A stretch of DNA of 32,000 nucleotides. Origin: an uncultured Thalassotalea sp. GTDB lineage: Bacteria; Pseudomonadota; Gammaproteobacteria; Enterobacterales; Alteromonadaceae. Location: NCBI GenBank assembly GCA_947502355.1, contig CANMZP010000007.1, positions 43,775 to 75,774 of the forward strand. The letters are read 5' to 3'. How positions within the stretch are numbered: the first letter of the stretch is position 1; every line of letters begins with the position of its first letter. The notes below the pieces were generated by a model. It saw nothing but the letters and a program-made list of their open reading frames with translations. It made no database searches and had not been told where the DNA came from. The position numbers were made by a program, and so were the translations under genes. Shown in pieces: positions 8,463-16,226 of this stretch.

Positions 8463-9395
8463 TTAATTAACCAGATAAAGATTAAGCCTTTCAATAATCA
8501 ACCTTCGGTTACTTCTTTTCTTGCCAGTACCGGTTCTTTGGTCAGTTAACCGGTAATTGTCCAGAGGCTTTATCGACGGATTGTTATCACCAGAAGATAA
8601 AATGATAAATGGGGAAGGGCATGGGATTTGTTTGCCATCGACGATGGCAACTGGTTGAACTTTGGTTTCACGAATAAAACGTAGATTTTCCTTGTTGGAA
8701 ACTGATTTTAAATCGATTATTTCAGCATCCACCATTTTCATCCAATCGCTGTCATTTGCTTTCCAGGCTTTTGACTTTTCCAGTTTAGTTTCTAGCTGGG
8801 GAACGTTCACTTTATTAATGAGTTCTTTATTGGCCCAGATGAAGTTTATTCGTTCTGGGTTTTGAAAGTAATTAATCCGGCGATAAACGCTAAGAGTGAT
8901 CAAGCCTTTGTAATGGCGCTCATGCAAAATATCAAAACGCTGGTCTTTGTCTTTGATTTCGAGTGCTGCAGATTTGAACCTTGCTTTTAGGTCATTTACC
9001 TTTTCCAACTTCGAAATTAAAGCTTGGATTTCAGACCCGGACATCTTAACTTGGATGTAGCCTGGTTTCCTTTGGGCAGCCTTCGTACTGTATTTTATAT
9101 CACCAATTCCAAAATATTCGAAGACTTCTTTGATGATAGTTTCTTTAGCCTGGTCCGAATCATCCAAATCAACATCAATGCTTTCTGGCCTGTCATTTTC
9201 TGCTTCTTTGGTAATGAGCCCTAAATCATACAATTGAAAAGAGCTGTCCGGGGCTTCACGCAATATAGCTTTTACTTCATTGCCGGTTTGAATCAGTTCA
9301 TCAAAAATTATGTCCAGTTCAGATTTAATATCAGTGATAGAGCATGCATCAGCTTTCATGGTTTGATCATTGTTGGTATTGTTCTCAGATTTCAC
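8463..9395 (-). CDS. tus: DNA replication terminus site-binding protein Tus homologue
   Basis: 310 aa, against 309 aa for E. coli Tus. Collinear matches by eye: HERHYKGLITLSVYRR vs HRHLPGLITLNAYRT, INFIWANKELINK vs LRFGWANKHIIKN, KVQPVAIV vs KVQPIARV, and C-terminus RRLIIERLNLYLVN vs LRLIIPRLHLYVAD. GTG start at 9395 with AAGGTGA 6 nt upstream. Confidence 0.85.
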   Translation of the reverse strand: MKSENNTNNDQTMKADACSITDIKSELDIIFDELIQTGNEVKAILREAPDSSFQLYDLGLITKEAENDRPESIDVDLDDSDQAKETIIKEVFEYFGIGDIKYSTKAAQRKPGYIQVKMSGSEIQALISKLEKVNDLKARFKSAALEIKDKDQRFDILHERHYKGLITLSVYRRINYFQNPERINFIWANKELINKVNVPQLETKLEKSKAWKANDSDWMKMVDAEIIDLKSVSNKENLRFIRETKVQPVAIVDGKQIPCPSPFIILSSGDNNPSIKPLDNYRLTDQRTGTGKKRSNRRLIIERLNLYLVN

Positions 9396-9493
9396 GTAGC
9401 GTCACCTTATATAGTCAGTTATTGGCTGTTACCCGATGAAAACACATCCTGGCAACAGCTGGTGGTACAGTACAGTCCTAAATTTATCACTCA

Positions 9494-9510
9494 TTAATTA
9501 CAACATACTC
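9494..9510 (-). promoter_or_regulatory. Ter-like Tus-binding site (proximal, in the tus upstream region)
   Basis: The - strand reads GAGTATGTTGTAATTAA, a 15/16 match to the E. coli TerB core AGTATGTTGTAACTAA, including G6 and GTTGTAA. It lies ~100 bp upstream of tus and in the same orientation as tus, as TerB does in E. coli. Confidence 0.7.
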
Positions 9511-9672
9511 AATACAAAGGAACAAAATCTAGTGTCGCACCCAACCTTTCCTTGCTAAACAACCGCTCGTGAGAGCGGAAAGTTCGCCGTTTTCGCGCGC
9601 GTTCGTTCGTTGAATTGGAAGATATACTCTCATGCGCCGAAGGCGCACATAGCTTTTCAATCATAAAACACA

Positions 9673-9689
9673 GAGTATGTTGTAATTAA
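9673..9689 (+). promoter_or_regulatory. Ter-like Tus-binding site (distal, opposite polarity)
   Basis: GAGTATGTTGTAATTAA on the + strand, the exact reverse complement of 9494-9510. Confidence 0.7.
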
Positions 9690-9709
9690 ACATATGGTGA
9701 TGATATAGT

Positions 9710-10174
9710 TTGTTTGAAAAATTAACAAGTACCTTTTTATTTACTTTATTTTCTGAGATACCAACTATGGCTAAAAAAATAATTAACGCTTCTGACATCG
9801 GCAAAACCGCCTATTGTCCCAAGGCTCATTACCTTTCTACCAAGCATCGTCATGGTTGGGATACCCAACAACGGCTTAATACCGGCAATTACAAGCATAA
9901 CCAAATGACTAAACGTGCTATGACCAAGCAAGATAAGCGCTGCTTTGTTGCCTCCTATGCGCTTGGTGAAAATCACCTGGTCACTCAAGATTTGCGTAAT
10001 TTTCGTGACGAAAAACTACTTACAACGGGATGGGGTAGAGCGTTTGTGGCAGCTTATTACTTTTTATCACCCAAGTTTATTTGGCTGTTTGGAAACTCAA
10101 AAGCAATGAAAGCGTTTTCCCAGGGCTTTGTGCAGAAGTTCCATGCCTGGTTCGCTGCTAACTCTAATAAATAG
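9710..10174 (+). CDS. small protein with a Cas4-type N-terminal Cys motif and a C-terminal hydrophobic CF(V/I)A...YYxxSP segment
   Basis: SDIGKTAYCPKAHYL resembles the Cas4/RecB-family N-terminal YCPRK motif. RCFVASYALGE...LRNFRDEKLL...GRAFVAAYYFLSP resembles a recurrent membrane-hairpin motif. The start is ambiguous: TTG at 9710 (GGTGA 9 nt upstream) or ATG at 9767. It ends in TAG, in frame with the next ORF. Confidence 0.55.
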   Translation: MFEKLTSTFLFTLFSEIPTMAKKIINASDIGKTAYCPKAHYLSTKHRHGWDTQQRLNTGNYKHNQMTKRAMTKQDKRCFVASYALGENHLVTQDLRNFRDEKLLTTGWGRAFVAAYYFLSPKFIWLFGNSKAMKAFSQGFVQKFHAWFAANSNK

Positions 10175-10186
10175 GATAGAACTATC

Positions 10187-10705
10187 ATGATTTACATTAT
10201 TTTATTGTTTGTTGGTTACTACTTCTTTGTTTACCTTGGTGAAAAGAAGCGCTTAGAACGTGAAAAAGGGTTAGATAATCCGTTTTCAATGTATGGCCAG
10301 CTGGTGTACGCCGATGGCCAGAGCAAAAAAAGCAGAAGTTTTGTGAATAAACGCTTCGGCCTATGTGCCAAGCCGGACTTTATATTCAGAAACGAGCATG
10401 GTACTTATACACTAATCGAATATAAGTCCCGCCAAGGTAAAGTTTATCAATCAGATATTCAACAAACCATCGCAAGCGTTATGGCTGCCAGGACAAAATT
10501 TAATATCACCGAAGCATACGTTCACACCGATAATTTTAGAATGGCAATCGACGCTGGTAAATCAAATGCCGAGTTGTATTCTGTAATTGAACGAAATGCT
10601 GATTTAACCAGAGATATAAAATCAGGGCGCCAGGTTAATATTACCAATGGCTCGCAATACAAGTGCCCAACCTGTTCTATGAAGCACAAGTGTGATAAAT
10701 GGTAG
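10187..10705 (+). CDS. PD-(D/E)XK nuclease of the Cas4/RecB family with an N-terminal transmembrane helix
   Basis: N-terminal hydrophobic MIYIILLFVGYYFFVYL. Nuclease core CAKPDF...LIEYKSR (D...ExK). C-terminal CPTCSMKHKC is the C-x2-C-x5-C Fe-S triad typical of Cas4/AddB. Confidence 0.7.
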   Translation: MIYIILLFVGYYFFVYLGEKKRLEREKGLDNPFSMYGQLVYADGQSKKSRSFVNKRFGLCAKPDFIFRNEHGTYTLIEYKSRQGKVYQSDIQQTIASVMAARTKFNITEAYVHTDNFRMAIDAGKSNAELYSVIERNADLTRDIKSGRQVNITNGSQYKCPTCSMKHKCDKW

Positions 10706-10727
10706 CAACTACCATTTATCACACTTG
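10687..10727 (+). terminator. 19-bp perfect stem-loop overlapping the stop codon of the Cas4-like gene
   Basis: CAAGTGTGATAAATGGTAG-caa-CTACCATTTATCACACTTG. The T-run after the stem is weak (ttgtg). Confidence 0.5.
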
Positions 10728-11043
10728 TGCAGGGCCTAGTTTGTGGAGGATTTTTCGAAGGTATCTCCATGACCACCAAAACTTTAAATAATACATTAAT
10801 TGGAATTGGTTAAAAAACAGGCTTATTAGCAATTACGAGGGGATGGGCCCCCCCCTTATTGTTCCACTCTCATAACAACCAGTTTGGGAGACTTCAATGT
10901 GTGGAGGTTGAACTTAATGTAGGGGATGTAGTTGAGTATCTTTAGCCAACCATTGATAAATGGGGAATTATCATATTGCGTGCCCCTAAAGCTTTTGTTG
11001 GTAACAAGTGTTAGGAATATCTAAGCCTTCAAAAGGCCAAAGA

Positions 11044-11862
11044 TTATTTTAGTTTTCGGTGCCTGTAAACTAATTCTTCTTTGAAACTCGCCATGGACTC
11101 ATTTGTCTTGCTGTCATTAAGTATTCTGATGAATTCATTTGCTTCTTTTAACTCAGCAACCTTTTGTTCCTTCTTGCCCCTGTGCTTATGGTCATAAGGG
11201 TTTTTCCTTTGGCTTACCGTTTTTTGATATTGCATACCTTCTTCAAAAGCATCAGCAATAAGTTCTTCCATTATCAATTTCAGCTTCTTTTGTTGATGAT
11301 AATGCAAATTGGGCGCTAAAGTCTTTAGGTAGGTATATGGGGATAGCCCTTCCTCGGCAAGTGGCTCTTGCACTTCAAGCCTACCATTGATGTCAACAAC
11401 CTTTGACGATGATTCAGCAGAGCCTTCCAGTAAATAAATAAGTACATCATCCAAATTATCTTTTTTATCAAACAGCTTTTCTTTTAAATCGGTGAGTATA
11501 GTATGGGCTCTCTCTGGTACGACGATAATATGGTGTTTCTTTTGACGCTGCTTGAATTTTGAAAAGGCTTGTTTGATTTTAGGCTGACCTAGTTCAGTTG
11601 CCAACTTGGAAAATATGGCGTTGACGGCTTCAACCGTTACTGGTGCGTTGGCCACTTCCGTTTTTATTAGTTCTTGTTTGTCCTGGTTATACCAACCTAA
11701 AGCAATATGATTAGTTAGAGTATTAGGATGAATATCAGCATAATATTTTTTAAATAATTCAACTTCATTTTCTTTGAAGGGGACAAGTTTACGTTTTCTG
11801 ATTTGACCAGGCATAAGGACAAGGTGAATGGCTAATAGGTAAGGAAAAGAATAACACAACAA
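11044..11862 (-). CDS. hypothetical protein (basic and charged, possibly DNA-associated)
   Basis: 272-aa ORF. TTG start at 11862 with TAAGGA just upstream; an alternative ATG at 11814 (MPGQIRKRK) lacks an SD. No motif recognised. Confidence 0.55.
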   Translation of the reverse strand: MLCYSFPYLLAIHLVLMPGQIRKRKLVPFKENEVELFKKYYADIHPNTLTNHIALGWYNQDKQELIKTEVANAPVTVEAVNAIFSKLATELGQPKIKQAFSKFKQRQKKHHIIVVPERAHTILTDLKEKLFDKKDNLDDVLIYLLEGSAESSSKVVDINGRLEVQEPLAEEGLSPYTYLKTLAPNLHYHQQKKLKLIMEELIADAFEEGMQYQKTVSQRKNPYDHKHRGKKEQKVAELKEANEFIRILNDSKTNESMASFKEELVYRHRKLK

Positions 11863-11977
11863 CTATCCTTACGATAGATAAAAAAGAGAAAGCCCCAGTA
11901 ACTACTGAGGCTTCAATTGAAGATCTTTAAATTGATCTTCGATTTGGATGTATTGCAGTTTCCTGCTTTTCGTACAA

Positions 11978-12163
11978 TCATGAGAACATTAACACATCGT
12001 CAGTTGCCGATATGTTGCAGTATTTAACTAGATGTTTTTTGATAATATCAAATGAAAATTCATTCTCAATTGCGCCTGTTGGAACAAAGCAAAAATCACC
12101 GTTATCGTAAGTTAAAATACCTGTTTCTCTATCGAATAAGTGTACTGTGTTGTTGATGCTCAT
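11978..12163 (-). CDS. hypothetical small protein (61 aa)
   Basis: ATG at 12163 preceded by AAAGGAAA. The track ORF extends to 12232 without an SD. Confidence 0.35.
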   Translation of the reverse strand: MSINNTVHLFDRETGILTYDNGDFCFVPTGAIENEFSFDIIKKHLVKYCNISATDDVLMFS

Positions 12164-12378
12164 TGGTCTATTTCCTTTAATTGTTGATGCTTCGCAAAAA
12201 CCACTATTAAAATGAGCTTTGTGAAGCACCAACAGGAATAAACCGAGCTTAGAAAAGATAACTTTTCAATTTGGAATAAGGGTAAAAATAGTGGCTCTAT
12301 AACCCTGCCACTCTGTTCTACAAAAGTAGAAAAGTAAGTCCATAATACGTTTTACCCTGACTGTTGTAAATTGCTTTT

Positions 12379-12651
12379 TTAGCAGATTATAATTTTCCTA
12401 TTTCTAATTTTCTTTAATTTTTTTAACTCTAATTGCATTGGTTCTATGGTCGCTACTTCATCTTCAAACAATGCCAACTCAGATTTATTCTTTAGCCGTT
12501 TGGCTGCGTTCACACGCAATTTCAATTCTTCTATAGCAAAGATTAACTCTAATATTCGCACCTGGGATTTTGCTAAAACGTGCCTTAAAACAACGTCTTT
12601 AGCTTCATCAAGCCGTTCAAGCAAAGGATACTCCTTTAGCTCGCTCGGCAC
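12379..12651 (-). CDS. hypothetical coiled-coil protein (90 aa)
   Basis: GTG start. Heptad-like sequence ILELIFAIEELKLRVNAAKRLK. It is in frame with the 38-codon ORF upstream. Confidence 0.4.
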   Translation of the reverse strand: MPSELKEYPLLERLDEAKDVVLRHVLAKSQVRILELIFAIEELKLRVNAAKRLKNKSELALFEDEVATIEPMQLELKKLKKIRNRKIIIC

Positions 12652-12672
12652 TGGCGCATAGTAAGTTTCTGG

Positions 12673-12789
12673 CTAACACAAAGGCTTAGGTTCTGGTTTG
12701 AGGTCGATTTGCTCTACTCGGCAGTTATCCAGGTTGTCTTTGTCGATTACTGCGATGTATTTAGATCCAAAGTAAACACCCATATTCAT
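12673..12789 (-). CDS. hypothetical 38-aa ORF
   Basis: AGGAG 3 nt upstream of the ATG at 12789. Reads MNMGVYFGSKYIAVIDKDNLDNCRVEQIDLKPEPKPLC and ends with TAG at 12675-12673. It is below the track cutoff. Confidence 0.3.
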   Translation of the reverse strand: MNMGVYFGSKYIAVIDKDNLDNCRVEQIDLKPEPKPLC

Positions 12790-12993
12790 TATCTCCTGTT
12801 AATTGAAAGTCGAAGTCACCTATTGAGGTTTTCAAATAAGCTTGGTCACTATAAACAAAAACAGCTTAAAACAAAATTAAAAAGAACCTTTTTATTTCAT
12901 TTATTTTTCTTGCCTTATTCCTCAATGAGTAGTAAATTTAAATCTAAAGGGCATCTTCGACTCAAGCCCATGACGCTAAACAAGGTGATTTAA

Positions 12994-14568
12994 ATGAATG
13001 CTTTATCCATACCAGCTTGCAATCTAACTGCTTCAAATACTTTCTTTGAACCGATTCAAACCAATGTAATCGAACAACTACTTTGGCAGTACCGAGGTAC
13101 GCTTAAACACATTCAAAAAGTGGGTGAAATTGCTACAGATAACAGCAATCAAAACGCGATAAATTACTTCATCGAGGGTAATAATGATCGATACACACGC
13201 TATACAGGTACAGTTAAAGATCTATTTAATGTTACCAAGGCGGTTAAAGCGTTAAATGCTGATTATTGGCGCAAAGCCCTCGATGCCACTGGCGTACTGG
13301 AACATATGTGTCAAACCCGCAAGAGTGAGTGGACTACTTCTATTCAAGAAATGAAAACGCCTGATTTCTGTGAAGAATCTGTATTTGCAACGCTCAAAGA
13401 ATTGCTTCTGGCTCGTGAAAATCACCTGTCCGAATTTGTAGCCAGTGTTTTTAATTCCTTGTCTAGCGAACATATTACAAATAGCCCTGCCGGTTTCGGA
13501 AAAAAGATGATCACTTGGTATGCTGATAGCTACGGCTTTGTTAGTCATACAAAAGCGGGTTATCTCAATGATTTGAGATACTTGATTGCAAAATTGATGA
13601 ACAGAGAGTTACCGAAGAACCACAGCTCATATCAAATTTTAAATAGCCTTAAAGACCAAACTGGCGAATGGTTTGAAATTGATGGTGGTGCTATTCGTAT
13701 TAAGCTGTTCAAAAAAGGTACTTTGCATATTGAGGTTAGTCAGGAAATTGCTTGGCGCTTGAATGAAATCTTAGCTATCAACTTGCCAAATGCGATCCCT
13801 GCGGAATTCAGACGCAAGCCGAAAAAAACCAAAATTGAAGATTTAAAGTTTACGCTGACACAAAACTTTATCCCGACTGAAGTGCTAAACCTTTTAGGGT
13901 CAAGCAATTTAGCCAGAAACGGCCTAGAAATGTGGATCGACTATCAAGCCGATAAATATATAAAAGCCGAATTAACAAAGGTTTTAAGTGCTATTGGCGG
14001 GGTTGTAGGTACTACCGGCAAAGTGAATTTTGATTATGATGCTCATGCTGTAATTAATTATATTTTGAGAGTTGGCCACTTACCGGATCACAAATCACAT
14101 CAGTATTACCCTACAAGCGAAAAGGTTGCCCGATTTGTCGTGGATAATGCTCAAATTGAGGAAAACCATCGTTGTTTAGAGCCGAGTGCCGGCACAGCAA
14201 ACATTGCACAGTTTATGCCTAGTCATACTCATTGTGTTGAAGTAAGTGAATTGCATTGCAAGGTACTTGAAAGTAAGGGCTTTACTGTTGTGAATGAAGA
14301 CTTCTTAAAATTCAGCCAAAACACAACTAAGCGGTATGACAGAATTTGTCTAAACCCACCATACTCGCTTCATAGGTTCAAAACCCATACCGATGCAGCT
14401 ATCCGCTTGCTCGATACAGATGGCATGTTGGTGGCTGTACTTCCATTAAGTGCTAAGAAAAAGTTTGAAACGAGCATCGATTATAACGTTGAGTTTCTAA
14501 ATGACTTTGAAAATGAATTCGCAAACCCCCAAATTGCGGTAACGGTGATGCGCGTCACTAAAAAATAA
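12994..14568 (+). CDS. orphan N6-adenine DNA methyltransferase (C-terminal gamma-type MTase domain; resembles plasmid/ICE DUF4942-type MTases)
   Basis: 524 aa. Motif I LEPSAGTANIA precedes motif IV CLNPPYSL (NPPY). AAGGTGA lies 5 nt upstream of the ATG. The N-terminal ~380 aa are unassigned. There is no adjacent restriction endonuclease or specificity gene. Confidence 0.8.
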   Translation: MNALSIPACNLTASNTFFEPIQTNVIEQLLWQYRGTLKHIQKVGEIATDNSNQNAINYFIEGNNDRYTRYTGTVKDLFNVTKAVKALNADYWRKALDATGVLEHMCQTRKSEWTTSIQEMKTPDFCEESVFATLKELLLARENHLSEFVASVFNSLSSEHITNSPAGFGKKMITWYADSYGFVSHTKAGYLNDLRYLIAKLMNRELPKNHSSYQILNSLKDQTGEWFEIDGGAIRIKLFKKGTLHIEVSQEIAWRLNEILAINLPNAIPAEFRRKPKKTKIEDLKFTLTQNFIPTEVLNLLGSSNLARNGLEMWIDYQADKYIKAELTKVLSAIGGVVGTTGKVNFDYDAHAVINYILRVGHLPDHKSHQYYPTSEKVARFVVDNAQIEENHRCLEPSAGTANIAQFMPSHTHCVEVSELHCKVLESKGFTVVNEDFLKFSQNTTKRYDRICLNPPYSLHRFKTHTDAAIRLLDTDGMLVAVLPLSAKKKFETSIDYNVEFLNDFENEFANPQIAVTVMRVTKK

Positions 14569-14601
14569 ACTTCGACAATAAAATAAACAAGGTATATCTC
14601 A

Positions 14602-14952
14602 ATGAATGCAATCCAAAACCACGCAGATTATTTAAAAATCGTCGGCATTAATAGCTTTACTCAAGTAAAAACAGAATCAACGCCTCTTAGATGTTTTTTA
14701 GAATCGATACCAGTTGGCCAGTGGGCAAAATATCGCGGTATCACTGTTGATCACAGATTAGGTTTCCAAGGCCGACTATCATTTCACACTGTATATCAGC
14801 TAATGAATTGGCTTGGCCATAACAAGAAGGTACGAAAAGGCCAAAGAATGCCTTACCAGTCATGGATGAACCGACATTTTAATAAGCCAATTACAAAGGA
14901 ATTATTTGAAAGTTGTTGTGCGGTATCGCCAAATAGAAAAAAGAAAGGTTAG
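14602..14952 (+). CDS. hypothetical protein (116 aa)
   Basis: ORF 33 bp after the MTase stop, on the same strand. It is followed by the hairpin CTGGAAAC-n13-GTTTCCAG (14961-14989). Confidence 0.55.
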   Translation: MNAIQNHADYLKIVGINSFTQVKTESTPLRCFLESIPVGQWAKYRGITVDHRLGFQGRLSFHTVYQLMNWLGHNKKVRKGQRMPYQSWMNRHFNKPITKELFESCCAVSPNRKKKG

Positions 14953-15038
14953 AATGGGTGCTGGAAACAGGCTTCGACTCCCGTTTCCAGCTGTTGACAT
15001 TAAACAAGGTGCAAAACGCCAACGGAACGAATAATACC

Positions 15039-15296
15039 ATGCAAAATACTGAATATAAAAGACTAACGAATGAAATATTAGATACAGCTTCCGAGTTCCT
15101 ATCTAATTTAAAAACGGATAAGAAAGTTATCCTGGTACTTGGTATCACATACTCCAGACATAGAACTTACGTTACCGGTGAACGAGCGGTACCAAAATAC
15201 ATTGCAGCATCCATTGAGGCCCATTCACTGTTATCTACGACTGAGCTAAAAGAATTGCTGCAGAGCAGGGCAGCTAAAGAAGGTATTGATTTATGA
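15039..15296 (+). CDS. small putative HTH DNA-binding protein (85 aa)
   Basis: LGITYSRHRTYVTGERAVPKYIAASIEA resembles an XRE-type HTH. I prefer the ATG at 15039 because the track GTG start at 14958 lies inside the preceding hairpin. Confidence 0.5.
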   Translation: MQNTEYKRLTNEILDTASEFLSNLKTDKKVILVLGITYSRHRTYVTGERAVPKYIAASIEAHSLLSTTELKELLQSRAAKEGIDL

Positions 15297-15712
15297 TGGA
15301 TAAATTGAAATGTAATCAAATACTAGAACTTTCTGGTTTGTTCCTAATTCTACTAAGCATATTTATTAATGTGTTTTTATATAATGATTTTAGTCCGGCC
15401 CAAACAAGCCACTATCAAGAGAAAATTTCCCAACGTGTTGATGAATTATATAAAAGGCAAGGTCTTCTTGAAGATGGTTTAAATATCGTATTAAAAGGGC
15501 AGCAAGAAGGTTTGAACCTACTGAGTAACGGTGATTGCAAAGGAATCAATTGTGACAATGAAACCCCACCAAAAACTCATTTTGACCTCGACAACAACAG
15601 GTTAACTGAATACACCAAATTTTTTGGGTATTTGTCAGGGGGTCTATTTGTACTTGGATCAGCTCTAACTTTATTTGGAAAGTACAAAGAATTCAGCTTA
15701 TCGGATAATTAG
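15293..15712 (+). CDS. membrane protein with two predicted TM helices flanking a soluble loop
   Basis: Its start overlaps the previous stop (ATGA). Hydrophobic segments LSGLFLILLSIFINVFLY and GYLSGGLFVLGSALTLFG. Confidence 0.6.
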   Translation: MMDKLKCNQILELSGLFLILLSIFINVFLYNDFSPAQTSHYQEKISQRVDELYKRQGLLEDGLNIVLKGQQEGLNLLSNGDCKGINCDNETPPKTHFDLDNNRLTEYTKFFGYLSGGLFVLGSALTLFGKYKEFSLSDN

Positions 15713-15723
15713 GCAGCCGTCTT

Positions 15724-16161
15724 ATGAAAAGTATTCTAAAACTATTATCAGTCATGTTTATTTGTTCTTATATACCTTTCGGCAATACAACCGAAGGAAA
15801 TACACTTCAAATAACAATGAAAGGATATGCCAAGTTCTATGGTAAAAATAAACCCTTTAAAGTTTTAAACTTTACGATTAACCGCGGCGAAGTAAAAGCA
15901 TTGACTCTGGTAGAGCAAAAAGACAAATATTCAAATTCCAAGTCGCGTACTCAAAAGATTTACGTTGCATACAATGACTTTGAAAATGTCCTGGCCATCG
16001 ATACTGCAAACACCGAAAGGTTGTTCAGCAACATTGGGCATCTTATTGAACTAGAGGGTAGTTGGTTTAACCAGAATGGCAAAACGTACCGCAACATCTT
16101 AACCCCCAAGGGCTCATATGGTGAGCTGAATAGAACCACTGTTCGAGTTAAAGCTTTATAA
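15724..16161 (+). CDS. secreted/periplasmic hypothetical protein
   Basis: N-terminal signal-like sequence MKSILKLLSVMFICSYIPFG. It starts 11 bp after the previous gene. Confidence 0.6.
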   Translation: MKSILKLLSVMFICSYIPFGNTTEGNTLQITMKGYAKFYGKNKPFKVLNFTINRGEVKALTLVEQKDKYSNSKSRTQKIYVAYNDFENVLAIDTANTERLFSNIGHLIELEGSWFNQNGKTYRNILTPKGSYGELNRTTVRVKAL

Positions 16162-16226
16162 ACCTGAAAATCGGGCCCCAAATGCTGGGGGACACATTAA
16201 TGTGCTAATAGCGCATTGGATAATAT

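Noticed and set aside
9640-9672. A dif/Xer-like site between the Ter sites (GGCGCACATAG matches the XerC arm GGTGCGCATAA at 8/11).
   Set aside because: The would-be XerD arm (AATCATAAAAC) is in the wrong orientation and matches poorly, so no 11-6-11 dif architecture can be built.
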